A stretch of DNA of 61,635 bases, counting the filler, from Sanchytrium tribonematis (taxonomy: Eukaryota): assembly GCA_018985235.1 (NCBI GenBank). It is 15 parts of 15 records of this genome, joined end to end, with 100 filler letters (N's around TTAATTAATTAA, not from the genome) between each part and the next. Parts side by side here need not be neighbours in the genome. Positions count along the whole stretch, not along the records: positions 8,837 to 11,670 come from JADGIG010000967.1; positions 11,771 to 32,479 come from JADGIG010000095.1; 13 more parts are not named here. One strand, 5' to 3'. Positions 8,837 through 21,467 of this stretch are shown in pieces. The position numbers were made by a program, and so were the translations under genes. Below the pieces are notes generated by a model that was not told where the DNA came from, did not search any database, and worked only from the letters and a program-made list of their open reading frames with translations. Position 1 is the stretch's first letter. Each line of letters starts with the position of its first letter.

Positions 8837-11605
8837 CCGACTTTGATAATTGTTCCAAAGCATTTATTAAATCAATGGAAGCTGGAACTTGACAAATTTT
8901 ACCCTGAATTCAAGTATCATGTTGTTGCTTCTAAAAACGATCAAAGGCCACCTTTTAAATTTGATATTATATTTACCATATATTCATATGCAAGTTTAGA
9001 ATACAAGTATGCCATGGGTGATCATCCGCGCTCAAGGCGATTTGAAAGAAAGTATGAAAGGCCAACATCTTACTTGTTGGAAAACAAGTGGCTGAGGTTA
9101 ATTATTGATGAGGGCCAGGCTGTAGATAATTTTGCAACTAATTTATCTAAAGTTTGTAGTTGGATCCCGGCTGATTTCAGGTGGTTTTGTTCAGGTACTC
9201 CATTCGGCTCTCAAATTTGGCGAGATATTACTGGAATTGCCTATTTTTTGCATTTAGATCCACCGCAAGCATCTGACGAGAGTATAGTAGACTTTCTACT
9301 GCCCATATTTATAAGACATAATAAAGGCACTGTCATTCATCAGTTGGACCTTCCAAATCAAAAGGTTTTGAATCATTGCCTAGAGCCCACTTTCCTGGAA
9401 AAAGAAATTTTGGAAAATGCACTCCTAAAGTTCAAATTGGACAATGAAGGAGCTCGGAGCGATTTAAAATCACTAATTGATGTTGAAGTTAAAAAACGAT
9501 CGAGACAACAAAAGCAATTTGTAAGTCGCCTTTCCCAAACGTTTAATCAGCTTCGAAAACTATGTAGTAATCCTAGATATATAAGCAACGAGAAAATAGG
9601 GACTGAAAAGAATCTACTTGACACTTTGTACCTACAATCTGCTATTGCCTACTTTAAATCTGCGCTGGAACTTTATGATTTACAATTACTATTGGCCCGT
9701 AACAGGGAACATCTCGGATTACATTTGGAAAATTTGAAAGAGTTGGAACACTCTCTGAAAGACATTTTTGATACCCTTAATATAGCAGCAGAAATACAGA
9801 AGCAACTGCATGTTTTGTATTCGAATGTGAACAAAATTCATATTCCGCCAAGCTTTTCGAAAATTTCAGATTTATTAGGACAATTTAAAAAAATAGAAAT
9901 TGGAATCACATCAAATCAAGCTGCTAGGGAATTTCATTCTTCTATTGAGAATCTTGCAAGTGCATTTTTACTCAAATTACATCACATGCTGTTCATTTTT
10001 GGCTTAACTTCAAATCATTTAAATCAGACTGAAGATAATTTATACTTAGAAATCAGTACTGAAATCAGAGACGTGTCCCTTGATACTAGAATCAAAAGAA
10101 TTAATTACTACCGCGATGAGGGTTTAGAAGAACTTCAGTATAAGAGGCTGCCTGTTGAGTCTCTAAATAACCTCGTTTTACCGTTCCGTTTAGCCATCCA
10201 GGCCGAAAGTTTGCAATACACCTTTGGATGTTTAAAATTGGTTCAAGATAAAATATCTAGTCTATCAGTGACTTTAAATAACTTATTGTTAAGCGACGTA
10301 ATAGACCCTCCGGATTGCGAATATTTGTGCGAAAACCCTACGGTTTACGATAAAAATGCTCAAATTCAACTCAATATAAAAATTTACCAAGAAATAATAC
10401 ACGTTTTGACCATATACCTAAATTGTTATTTACGCGGTGCACATATCGCATTCGCAGTGCACTACACCACTGATCTGGAAATTGGACAACATGATCTATT
10501 CTTGAAACTCAAAAAGAGAATTAGCGATGAACTTGGCACTTTTGAGGAACTTTACCAATTGAAAAGTTTACAAGCTTACCAAATTACGTGTCGGGAATAC
10601 ATGCACGATAACGATGAACACAATTTGTTCAAGACTACAGGTGCTTTTCTGAACAAGGTCATCAAAGATCAAGACCACAATTACAAAAGTATAAAAGCAT
10701 ACCTTTCAAATTGCGATGAGATATACGAAGTCAGATTACAATACTTTTATCAATTGCAGCTCGTCAGTGACCAAGTAGCAGAAATTGAAAACACGCAAGA
10801 TTTAAACTTGATACAAAATAGAATTTTAAATGAACAAAGAAAAACATCATTTTTATCGGGAAGAGTGCGGTTTCTATCAAATCAGCTTTTGGATTATGGA
10901 TCCGCATTTATGTGCTCAATATGTATGGAAACGTCCGATTCTGGGATTCTGATTAATTGTGGCCATAGATTTATGATAACTTGTTTTGATAGTTGGTTCC
11001 AGCTTCACAGAAATTGTCCGAAATGCAGGTACCCCATTGATGACCTAAATACTCAAACAAAGGTGTTTGCTCAACTAAAACATGTCGTTTCCTCGAATAA
11101 CGAACTATCTGAAGTCGGGCTCGAAATCAAGGAAATTCAAATGGATTTTAAATCTGTAAGCACTAAAATTGACTATATTTTAAAAATTTGCCTATACTAT
11201 GGGGAATCCAAAATACTAATCTATAGTTCTTTCACTAGCATATTGCAGGACATTCATGAAAGTTTGAAGGCTGTCACCATAACAAGTGGGTTTTCTTCTT
11301 CAGTCGATCAATTCAAAAAAGGGTCATCCATAAGGGTGTTACTACTAAATACAAAGTTGGAAAATTCTGGTTTATCATTACAGTGCGCAAATCATATTAT
11401 TTTTGTGGAACCGTTTTCAGATAATAAAATTCATCAGCAAGCATTGGGAAGGATAAGCAGAATCGGCCAAACGAGAGAAACGTTTATTCATTATGTCTAT
11501 ATGAAAGGCACCTTGGAAGAAGCAATCATGAATAATAAGCAAGTCACAAATCACGTTAGTTTGAGCCATGGCTTGAATATTGCAGATGTGATAAACTTTC
11601 TTTAA
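8837..11605 (+). CDS. SNF2-family helicase with RING finger, SHPRH/Irc20-like (5' truncated)
   Basis: WLRLIIDEGQ, RWFCSGTPF, RING CSIC..CGH..C..CPKCR, QALGRISRIGQ. Confidence 0.85.
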   Translation, partial: PTLIIVPKHLLNQWKLELDKFYPEFKYHVVASKNDQRPPFKFDIIFTIYSYASLEYKYAMGDHPRSRRFERKYERPTSYLLENKWLRLIIDEGQAVDNFATNLSKVCSWIPADFRWFCSGTPFGSQIWRDITGIAYFLHLDPPQASDESIVDFLLPIFIRHNKGTVIHQLDLPNQKVLNHCLEPTFLEKEILENALLKFKLDNEGARSDLKSLIDVEVKKRSRQQKQFVSRLSQTFNQLRKLCSNPRYISNEKIGTEKNLLDTLYLQSAIAYFKSALELYDLQLLLARNREHLGLHLENLKELEHSLKDIFDTLNIAAEIQKQLHVLYSNVNKIHIPPSFSKISDLLGQFKKIEIGITSNQAAREFHSSIENLASAFLLKLHHMLFIFGLTSNHLNQTEDNLYLEISTEIRDVSLDTRIKRINYYRDEGLEELQYKRLPVESLNNLVLPFRLAIQAESLQYTFGCLKLVQDKISSLSVTLNNLLLSDVIDPPDCEYLCENPTVYDKNAQIQLNIKIYQEIIHVLTIYLNCYLRGAHIAFAVHYTTDLEIGQHDLFLKLKKRISDELGTFEELYQLKSLQAYQITCREYMHDNDEHNLFKTTGAFLNKVIKDQDHNYKSIKAYLSNCDEIYEVRLQYFYQLQLVSDQVAEIENTQDLNLIQNRILNEQRKTSFLSGRVRFLSNQLLDYGSAFMCSICMETSDSGILINCGHRFMITCFDSWFQLHRNCPKCRYPIDDLNTQTKVFAQLKHVVSSNNELSEVGLEIKEIQMDFKSVSTKIDYILKICLYYGESKILIYSSFTSILQDIHESLKAVTITSGFSSSVDQFKKGSSIRVLLLNTKLENSGLSLQCANHIIFVEPFSDNKIHQQALGRISRIGQTRETFIHYVYMKGTLEEAIMNNKQVTNHVSLSHGLNIADVINFL

Positions 11606-11771
11606 ATTAGAGCCAAAAAGGACACATTATTGTTTAATCGTTTGTCGATTGGCATCAGCAGCATGTTAGANNNNNNNNNNNNNNNNNNNNNNNNNNNNNN
11701 NNNNNNNNNNNNNNTTAATTAATTAANNNNNNNNNNNNNNNNNNNNNNNNNNNNNNNNNNNNNNNNNNNNA

Positions 11772-14700
11772 CCAAGAATTCTACAATTCTTTAGACACAA
11801 TCTATACAGTGTTCGCGAAGCAACTTTAAATGTTGTTAATTGCCTCAAAGATGTTGAAAATTGGGTCACTGTTGATTTGGTTACTCGTGTTTTTTACAAT
11901 TTCATCTTGGAGGATAAGGAAACTCTTCTAGAAAAAAGTTTGAAAACATGGACGCTCATGACTGATGCATTTCCAGAGGTTTTAAAATATGTGCCTTTTT
12001 GGATGCAACTTGCTTTCCATCCTCTTGGACAGCCGTACGAATCTCGGTTAATGCTGGTTCCTATATCATCAATGGATCAAGCAATGGCAAATCAGGATTT
12101 GGGTGTGGTGGATATTGATGTACTGATCAAGTCTAGGCTCACTGCCTGTGATGCGTTGGCATACGTTTTCTCTAAAAATCCTGACATCAAATGTTTAAAA
12201 CCATATATTGTATCAAATTACGCTATTCAGAAACAGTATTCTGCTTATTTGTTGTCAGTTGTACTCAGTTCTGGAAAATCAGATTGGGTACCGTCGGATT
12301 TGAAAGACTATTTTATAGATTCTCTTAACGAAAGCAATTCTTCCTATTTGGAAGTCGAAAATTTAACAAAGCGAGTTCGAAATATCGCTGCAAAATTTAT
12401 TGAAGAATTGAAGCGCTCTGCATTTACCAAGGATCTTCCTAATTCTATTTCCGCTACAGTGGGTGAATTTGAGCAACTAGCATCGCTGGATATATCTAAT
12501 TTAAATTTGAAAAGTGATAATCAGAAAAAGCTTCAAGCCGAGGTTGCAGTCTTTAATTTGTCAGTCAATATTTATCGAGTACGTACCCACTCTTCTATAG
12601 CCTCATGTGTTATTGCCTTGCACCATTTTCCTGACAAAGTTGGGTCAATAATTAAAGCCCTTATGAATTCCATCAAATTTGAAGAAAATATAAATTTACA
12701 GAGCATTAGTTGCAAATCTTTGGTCTCTTTTATTCAAATCATATTAAATGTGCCTGATCGAAAGAAAGTGCTAGATAAACTCCTCAACAATTTAAGCGCT
12801 TTTATTTGTAGCGATCCGGAAGAGACGCTCATATTTAAAGAAATTGAACAAAAGCAAAGTATCCATGTCTATGAGGATCTATTAAGACTTCAAAACATCC
12901 CAATTCAAAAAAAGCCAGAAAACATTGATGTTGATTTGATAGAAGAGGAAAAGGCTGTCAAGTGTATAAGTAGAGGAAGCGAAAAAGTATTTGAACTGCT
13001 TTTTTCACAATATCAAGATAATTTTTTTGAACGGTTGCCAGTTCTCAAGTCAAATATTACAGACCTTGTGTACCTCAAAGATTATGTTGGTGTTGAACAA
13101 AAAATAATAGATTCTTTTCAAATGATATCGGTACTTGCAAAATATTCAAGTCTAAAGGACAAGAATTTTTTCATTGAATTACTGAGTCCGCTTTCCAAGT
13201 TTTTATCTTCTGATTTGCTAGCTATACGAAACATGGCCAGCAAATCCATTGCTACAATTTGCAAAAAACATACCGTGGACACTATGATATTTTTAATTGA
13301 AAATGTATTTCCTTTTTTTAACGATCAAAGAAATATTTCTAAACGTCAAGGTGCAACGGAGGTGGTACACTATTTAATAACCTTAATGGGGGACGACTTA
13401 ATTCCTTATGTGATGTTTATTCTACTTCCAGTAATGGGTCGTATGAGCGATCAGGATGATGCTGTGAGGCGGATTAGCTCGCAAAATTTTGCGTCCCTTA
13501 TCAAACTTGTTCCACTCGAGGAAGATATATCGGATAGTTCAGATTTACCAGATCACTTAAAGCTCAAAAAGGTTGAAGAGCGAGAATTTTTGCAGCAACT
13601 TCTAGACAATTCCAAATTAAAGCAATTTAAGTTACCTATCGAAATCAATGCGGAATTGCGTAGCTATCAACAGGATGGACTTAATTGGCTTCACTTTCTA
13701 AATAAGTACAATTTACATGGTATATTGAGTGATGACATGGGATTGGGTAAAACTCTTCAAACTATATGCATCATGGCTAGCGACTTTTTTACTAAAACAC
13801 AAAAGTTCCAGGAGACTGGTAAGTCAGAATACAAACCTTGCCCGAGTTTAGTGGTATGCCCAAGCACGCTTACTGGCCATTGGTTTCACGAAATTCGAAA
13901 ATACGTTTCAAATCTATATCCAATCCAATATGTCGGGCTTCCAAGCGAACGCTATAAATTGAGATCAAAACTTGATAACTTTAATGTTGTGATTACATCT
14001 TATGAGATATTGCGAAATGATATCGAGCACCTCTCACAACAATGGAATTATTGCGTTTTGGATGAGGGGCATATCATTAGGAACGGTAAAACTAAGATAA
14101 CAAAAGCTGCTAAGACCGTCAAAGCGTTTCATAGATTAATTTTGAGCGGGACTCCCATTCAAAATCAAGTGCAAGAACTCTGGAGTTTATTTGACTTTCT
14201 CATGCCTGGCTTTCTTGGGACTGAGCGGCAATTTCATGATCGTTATGGTAAAGCTATAGCCAATAGCAAAGATTCGAAGAAAAATAGTAAAGAAAACGAA
14301 TTGGGACAAATTGCATTACAACAATTGCACAAGCAAATACTGCCATTTTTGCTCCGAAGACTGAAAGAAGATGTTTTGCAAGACTTGCCGCCAAAAATTA
14401 TTCAGGATTATTATTGCAATCTGAGCGAGACTCAAAAAACGTTGTATCAAAACTTTGCCATGAAACACAAAAGTGAACTAACGGCAGACGAACAAGACAA
14501 AAAAGAAAAAGCAATGCATGTGTTTCAAAGTTTGCAATATCTTCGCAAGGTATGTTCTCATCCACTTTTAGTCATGAACGCTCAAGAAATCTCTACTTTT
14601 GACGGCAATTTGCACGACCTCGAGCATGCTCCAAAACTTCAGGCTTTACAAGAATTACTGATTCAATGTGGAATTGGGGTAGATAAAAAAGAAGAAGCCG

Positions 14701-15330
14701 TCGTTCAACATCGTGCTTTGATTTTCTGTCAATTAAAAAAAATGATTGAGATTGTTGAAAATGATTTATTTAAAAAGCACATGCCATTTGTTACTTATAA
14801 AAGGCTTGACGGAGATACACCCTCTAATAAGAGGCATGATGTTGTTCAAGAATTTAATGAAGATCCTTCAATAGACTGCCTTTTACTGACGACGCGTGTG
14901 GGTGGGTTGGGATTAAATCTGACTGGAGCAGACACCGTAATATTCGTCGAATCAGACTGGAATCCAATGCAAGACCTGTATATTATATTAATTTAGACAA
15001 GCAATGGATAGAGCTCATAGATTAGGTCAAAAAAATGTGGTGAATGTGTATCGACTAATCACCAGCGGTACCCTAGAAGAAAAAATCATGAACGTTCAAA
15101 GATTTAAAATGAATATTGCAAATGAAATTGTTAATCAACAAAATGCAGGACTTCAGAGTATGGGTACAGATCAGCTTTTAGATCTCTTCGAAATAAGCGA
15201 AGAGCCAATTAAAGTCAAAACAAATACTAACTCTTCCGGTCCTCCTATTTTGCAAGAACTTGGGGAATTGTATGACGATGATCAATATAATGAAAATATA
15301 GATTCTTATATGTCAAAAATAAACAATTAA
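11772..15330 (+). CDS. MOT1: TBP-associated SNF2 ATPase Mot1/BTAF1 (5' truncated); exons 11772-14977, 14997-15330
   Basis: HEAT repeats, [10 protein letters not shown] and LDEGH. The spliced product restores [18 protein letters not shown]. Confidence 0.95.
14978..14996 (+). other. 19-nt spliceosomal intron
   Basis: GTATATTATATTAATTTAG; removal restores helicase motif VI ([10 protein letters not shown]). Confidence 0.95.
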
Positions 15331-15348
15331 ATTTCGATACCAAAGGAG

Positions 15349-16209
15349 ATGGATCGTCAGGTTTACGTTGGAAATATCTCACAAGAAACTACTTCAACTT
15401 ATTTGAAAGATTATTTTAGCACTTTTGGAGAAATTGTCAAAGTAGAGTTGCCTGAAAATCCACAAATGCCAGGTCATCATCGCCAAATTGCATTCATTGA
15501 GTTTGAGGAAAAGGAGGATGCTTTACAAGCAGTTGAAAATATGAACAATAATCTGCTACTGAATAGAATTATAAAATGTAGTATTAGTAAGCATAAAGTT
15601 AGAAACTTCTCAAAGCCATTGTGGGAGGATGAGGACTACCTCCAGTTGTATAGCAAACAATTCGAGGGTAATAGCATTAGTGAAATGAATCTGAAGGTGG
15701 AAGGTGAAACGAAGCAGTTGTATTTTACTGTTCAAATAGGGAATATATTGGCTGGTAAAATTATAATTCAAATCAGAAATGACATTGTTCCTAAGACAAG
15801 TGAAAATTTTTTTAAACTAACTACTGGTGAATTAGGATTTGGCTATAAGAATTGCATTTTTCATAGAATTATTCCTGGATTTATGTTGCAATGTGGAGAT
15901 TTTTTAAATAACAACGGAAGTGGTGGTAAGAGTATTTTTGGAGACCAGTTTGACGATGAGAATTTTTCGCTCAAACACACAGGACCTGGAATTGTTAGCA
16001 TGGCAAATTCTGGCAAAAATACAAATTCTAGTCAATTTTTCATAACGACAGTGGCAGCTCCTTGGCTTGATGACAAACATGTCGTTTTTGGTAGGGTTGT
16101 TGATGGAATGGACGTTGTGAAGAAGATAGAAGCTACTGGAAGTAAGGACGGTGTTCCAAGTCAAATAGTTAAAATTATAGATTGCGGTAATTATGAAAAA
16201 GTAATTTAA
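15349..16209 (+). CDS. PPIE: Cyclophilin E (RRM + peptidyl-prolyl isomerase)
   Basis: N-terminal RRM (VYVGNI, AFIEFE); cyclophilin motifs [15 protein letters not shown] and [10 protein letters not shown]. Confidence 0.9.
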   Translation: MDRQVYVGNISQETTSTYLKDYFSTFGEIVKVELPENPQMPGHHRQIAFIEFEEKEDALQAVENMNNNLLLNRIIKCSISKHKVRNFSKPLWEDEDYLQLYSKQFEGNSISEMNLKVEGETKQLYFTVQIGNILAGKIIIQIRNDIVPKTSENFFKLTTGELGFGYKNCIFHRIIPGFMLQCGDFLNNNGSGGKSIFGDQFDDENFSLKHTGPGIVSMANSGKNTNSSQFFITTVAAPWLDDKHVVFGRVVDGMDVVKKIEATGSKDGVPSQIVKIIDCGNYEKVI

Positions 16210-16210
16210 T

Positions 16211-17020
16211 TCAGCATTTCAATCCAACGTGAATATCGTAGACGTATATATGGCTTGGGAAGATAGTACTTTTTGGCCAAGTCGAATTTATGCAATCTGG
16301 GTCTTCTGCATTATTCTTGTCGCAATAAATTGTATTGTTATTGACAGATATATATATTTCTCGAGGTGGATGCGCGTATCCCATCCAAATTGGAGGAGAT
16401 AATGGTGTCAAATCATTCCTGTTTGTTATTCTAGATATTGATCTTACTTGTTCCGATAAAAGTTTTACAAAATGATTGTTACCAACTCTAGGACATCCAA
16501 TCGTGACAATAGATGTCGGTGCAAAGGTTGATATTTCAAGCGCAGCTATCGAAGCTATTGCCCCGCCCATCGAATGGCCAACTAAAATAACATTCTTACT
16601 GGGCGATTCTCTTACAAATTTCAAAATTTCTTCCCGAAGTAAGGTCCACCCTCTGAGAAATCCATTGTGTACTCTTACAAGCTTTCGTTTTTGGTAAGGA
16701 ACGAGGTTGTAATCTGGCAAAGATGTTTTGGAAAATCTTACATCAAGTACAAAGTCAACTAATGCGACACTTCCTCGAAAACTAATAAACAGATGCGTTC
16801 TGTTGGACAAAAGAACTACAACAGGCGAATCGTTTTCCAGTCTTTTGTGGAACTTCAATTCTCTAGTATAGTCGTTACAGTGCAAAAGGCAATCAAAGTT
16901 GGCCAAACTTGTATTTGAGCAATACGACATTCCAGATATGTGTGCAAAATATCTGATCTCTGAAGAATGAATACTTTCTCCCACAAATGAAGCTACAACT
17001 ATTACGAAAAGCAAAATCAT
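16211..17020 (-). CDS. Secreted class 3 lipase
   Basis: Signal peptide, SFRGS, VHNGF, GHSMGG, GCPRVGN. Confidence 0.9.
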   Translation of the reverse strand: MILLFVIVVASFVGESIHSSEIRYFAHISGMSYCSNTSLANFDCLLHCNDYTRELKFHKRLENDSPVVVLLSNRTHLFISFRGSVALVDFVLDVRFSKTSLPDYNLVPYQKRKLVRVHNGFLRGWTLLREEILKFVRESPSKNVILVGHSMGGAIASIAALEISTFAPTSIVTIGCPRVGNNHFVKLLSEQVRSISRITNRNDLTPLSPPIWMGYAHPPREIYISVNNNTIYCDKNNAEDPDCINSTWPKSTIFPSHIYVYDIHVGLKC

Positions 17021-17115
17021 ATGTTGATCGCCGTGGCGAAGTTCATTTATTAGAAAAACTACCCCAGCAGTGGTTTCAACTATTTAGATTTGAGGTGACA
17101 GTTTCACTTTTAAGG

Positions 17116-18220
17116 TCATAGTACTTTTCGCATGTTTTCGTAAACCAAATAGCTAATTGAAGCAGCAGGTGCAACTTTGAATAAAGCAGGAGTCAGACCT
17201 CTGTAGAAACCTCGTATGCCATCTTTTTCTTTGGTATGTACGATACATTCCCATGCATTATTATAAGCGACCGGGTGTGCAGAAGTTTTCATTGCCTGAA
17301 GTCTTGATTAGTATAGGTTACCTTGTTCTAATTAAATTCAATGGATAGACAATTGTAGCACTGACTGAGGCACTAAGCATGCCAATGGCTAGAGTTGCCA
17401 AAACTAAAGGCGGCTCCCCAGTTGTTTTTTTATACAGAATTTTGAGAGTCTCGTAAGTTCCCAAATCTATACCAGCATAAGGAATAATGCCCAACAGGGC
17501 GGGAGATACGCCTCTATAGAAAGCTTGTAAACCACCAGAATTATTAATTGACTTGATTACATCAAAAATAGTTGCTCTTTGTTTTGAATTTTTTTGTAAA
17601 GCTATCATGTATCTAGTTTTTAGTGTTTCCAATGGATAAATTGTGAACTGGCTAATAAATCCAGCAATTGAGCCAGCCAGAAATCTACTCCAAGGTGCTT
17701 CTGGTAGTCTCTCTTTTGAGTATTCAAAAAAATGAAATTTTAAAGCAGATTCAGGCATGACCTTCATGCAGTTGATAAAATTACCTCTCCAAAATGACCG
17801 AATTCCATTTTCTTTATAGATAGTGTGGAAAATTGATGAAAATTTGAGCAATCCTGATTCTGTTTGTAAATAAACTTTCATTCTATCTAAAGGAGCAGTA
17901 AATGATCTACTAACAATTCCGGCAATTGAACCAGAGATTGCATTAGTAAATTTGTGCTTAGGGGGTACACTTCCAAATACCCAATAGTGTAATAAATCTG
18001 TCTCTGTGATAATTTTCTGACTGTTAAAAAAATCTTTCCAGTCTTTAAGAGATATACGTCCAAGTTCTGAATGTGGAATTGATTTTATCAGCCGGTCGAT
18101 TTTTTTATCACTCCAGGCTACTTGATTTTTTTTTAAAAAAGCAATAATTTCTTCCTTGGTTATATACATATCGTTATTTGAATCAATCTTTGAAAAAGTT
18201 GAATCAATAATATTTGACAT
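17116..18220 (-). CDS. Ca2+-binding mitochondrial ATP-Mg/Pi carrier (Sal1/SCaMC-like); exons 18220-17322, 17302-17116
   Basis: EF-hands plus PX(D/E)XX(K/R) carrier repeats. Splicing restores [11 protein letters not shown] and the third repeat ([16 protein letters not shown]). Confidence 0.9.
17303..17321 (-). other. 19-nt spliceosomal intron
   Basis: GTAACCTATACTAATCAAG, containing a TACTAAT branch-like motif. Confidence 0.95.
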
Positions 18221-18277
18221 AAATTACGGTTTTAAGAGGAGAAACAGAATTTCACATTTTCAAATCAGATTTTATTC

Positions 18278-20597
18278 TCAACAATAATTTCTCCAAAAGT
18301 CTTGTTCAAAATTGTCAAATGGGAAATCTCTTCCAAATTGCTGGATTAATTGTGACTTATTAAGTGTCAATGTATCGATATCGACAAAATATCGTTCATT
18401 AAAATTAGCCTCACAAAATCCGCGAATCTTTAGAGAAGCATCGTATTGCTCTGATTTTGTATCTCCATAATTTATAAATCCACTGTTCAATTGAACAATG
18501 TTGTCACGCCTTGATATCTAAATTAGCTATAATTACAATTAAGGTATCTTGCAAGGTTGAATTGCACTTCCAGACTTCTCTTAAACCATTGACTAATACT
18601 CCACTTATATTTACACATCTACATTCATTAGCCAGAGTTTTTGAAAGACTCTTGCAATACTCTCTTTCAGTAGTCGTAAAGCCATTTAGATCTTGAACGG
18701 GAGTGTCTGGGTGGTGGGCACTTGCAAGTTTATAGGTGTAAGGTGGATTGTTGATGTCAATCATACCTGCAGTTAAGCTTATACCACACCCAATCGCAAG
18801 TATGAAAAAATAGAGTACTAGTATATCCTGTAATTTTTTATCGATTACCATATCCATATTTTGTAATTCTTTAGCTTCTATATTTAAATACTGGGCTAAA
18901 TGGACCTTTTTCTTGGTAAAATCCCCTTCGGGTCCCATTTCTTCCAATTCTCGCTGAGTTAATTTATGGTGATGTTCCATATCTTTTTTCATCTCTTTTT
19001 CTTTTCTTGATTCAATATATAGGCCTAAAAATATCGCGGCTATCGGCAGTATCATAGTCAATGTGATGACCGGTATCGCAAGCTTTGTTGGGACTGGTAC
19101 ATTGAAGGAAAAGAGAGTAAATATTACCGCATTTAAAACCTGTAATGAGTTGCAAACAATTGAAACGATATCTTCTATTGAGCTAATGTAAGGTCTTGAA
19201 TATGTAGTTATACACAAGGCCACAAAATGAACTACTGTTAAAGAAATAAAAACAGGTCTGGCTCCATCTCGACTTATTCCGATTAATGCAGATATACAAA
19301 CAATTAAAAGTCTGTAAATTAAATAAATCAACTTGTAATTTTTCCACTTCAGTTGAAACATACAATATAGAGACTTGCAGCAGTTCTTCGAACCAGTAGC
19401 TCGGACAATCCATTGGTTCTCCGGATCTTTGCAAATGACAGGAATTTCAACAATAAATTTGGAACAAGTTTTAGTCAATTTGTAGAAAAGCAACGGCATG
19501 CCAATTGTGATCAATATAAACATTAAGACTACCCCGATGGAAAAGTATTGCAATATATCACTATGGTATGTTATAGTTTTATCTGCCCTAAAAAATAATT
19601 CATCCTCAAAATTAATATTCTTGGCAAGTCCGAGATTTGTGAAATTAGAAGCAGTGGTGGACACATTAAACATGGGAATACAACCGTCTGATCCACCAGT
19701 ATATGGTTGGAATGGCATTTTCATTTTTAAAATTCCATTTTCACATTGTTCATGTTGTACGTAATTGGAGCCCAGAATCATTTTGAAAGCAGAAATCGTA
19801 ATAGGAACATAAAGCAATGACATAAAAATTAGTATAATTTTCACCACATCTTTTCTAAATGCATAATTGAGTTTTGTGTTAAAGTTTCTACCTCTCGAAG
19901 ACATATTTGATATTACATTGTACATCAACACCAGTCCAAATATCACCAATAGCCCATAAATTTGTCCGTTTGCACCAAAAGAGGCCAATCCGATGGTAAA
20001 TAAAACGAATCCTAACAAAAGATTTCGTAATTGTCTCCAAAATGACTTTTTGTGAACGAATTTTAATCCCTTGAGATACTTAAATTTTTCAAGATCGATT
20101 TCATCAGCATCCAAGTTAACAGTACTTCCCACTGCAGTGTTGATTTTTTCCTGGACTTTTTTTTTCTGTCTTCTTTTCTGAAAATAATGGGAAATTGCTA
20201 TTAGAAATAATACAAAACCACACAATACCATTATAAGTATTCCAGATATGTCGCTTGTTTGCCCACCTAATAACTTGATTATTAAACCAAATATAAAACC
20301 GAAGAAACAAACAGCAGTTAAAGTGTATTTCAAAATTGTAAATACTGATCTGAAACTAAAAAGGATTGTTAAAGAAATCAAAATTGGAACAACGTGGGAA
20401 ATAAATAGATGCTGTGTTCTAATATCAACCTGGTCTATGTTAAATAATTTTAGTCCGACGGTAAAATCAAAGTTGAAAAACTGTAGAAATTGAACATAGC
20501 CCTTGTATTCGTCTGGCCAAGCTATGTCTTGACCGGCCGCTACAGACAAAAATTGAGCATTCATCATCAGGATTTCAACAACAGAAGAAACTCCCAT
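18278..20597 (-). CDS. Multi-pass membrane protein (TRP-C/GPCR-like); exons 20597-18537, 18517-18278
   Basis: More than 10 hydrophobic segments. A 19-nt intron joins the 697-aa ORF in frame to 18490-18278. Confidence 0.7.
18518..18536 (-). other. 19-nt spliceosomal intron
   Basis: GTAATTATAGCTAATTTAG; frame-restoring. Confidence 0.85.
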
Positions 20598-20708
20598 ATT
20601 CTATCACCTTTGACCTACTCACTTTTTTCGTTTCTAATTTTGAAATTTATAATGAATGTTAATCTTGAGATCAGGATTGCATTAGTTAGATTAAACGTAG
20701 AAATAATC

Positions 20709-21389
20709 TTATTTATTGTTAACAATTAAATAAAGTACGTTTTCGAAAACAGTTTCGTCGTCATCGACTACTCGTCCGTTTCCTACCAATATTTGAGATT
20801 TTCTAGGAAGTTTTAAGACCTCTTCAATAACTATCTTTACATCTTGAAGGCAGGATTTAGTTCCGACGGACACAGTAAATGATTGATCCCTAATTGTTTT
20901 TATCGTGATAGTTCTGTAGTCTAAATCAATCAATTTCTCTATATTATCAGATCTCCCAGCGGTGTCCATATCATCCATACCCTCTAAAAAATAGTTATCC
21001 CCATCCGCATCCAATGTTTTGCCATTTCCCTTTTTTTCCACTATTTCAAGTCGCGATCTCAATTCATGAATCTCTTGGGTTAGTTCCTCTATCTGAGATT
21101 GATACTCTGAATCCAAAACCTTAAACCTCGATCCAATATCCACAAATAAATCCTCTACAAATGTGCTGATGCCATATACTTGTTGCCTTTGTTCTCTTAA
21201 AGAATTACTCAAGTCTTTCATTTTCTTTGAAAGATCACAATCTATTTTGTCTTGGCAGCAAAATTTTGTTACATGGTGTAAATTTTCAACGCTGTTTGAG
21301 TTTGGGGACGAAACCTTTCGTGAAACTGGTGAGTTGTTCACGTTGTCAATTATTTCGAATTCTTCATTCATATTTTGCAATGGAAACAT
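20709..21389 (-). CDS. Coiled-coil protein with C-terminal ubiquitin-like domain
   Basis: ITIKTIRDQSFTVSV..LQDVKIVIEE..LPRKSQILVGNGRVVDDDETV resembles a UBL fold. Confidence 0.7.
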   Translation of the reverse strand: MFPLQNMNEEFEIIDNVNNSPVSRKVSSPNSNSVENLHHVTKFCCQDKIDCDLSKKMKDLSNSLREQRQQVYGISTFVEDLFVDIGSRFKVLDSEYQSQIEELTQEIHELRSRLEIVEKKGNGKTLDADGDNYFLEGMDDMDTAGRSDNIEKLIDLDYRTITIKTIRDQSFTVSVGTKSCLQDVKIVIEEVLKLPRKSQILVGNGRVVDDDETVFENVLYLIVNNK

Positions 21390-21467
21390 TATTAAGTTGG
21401 AGATCCAAATTGGAGTTTTAATTCTTGAGACATTAATTTTTAACCAATCATAAAAGAAAATGTATTT

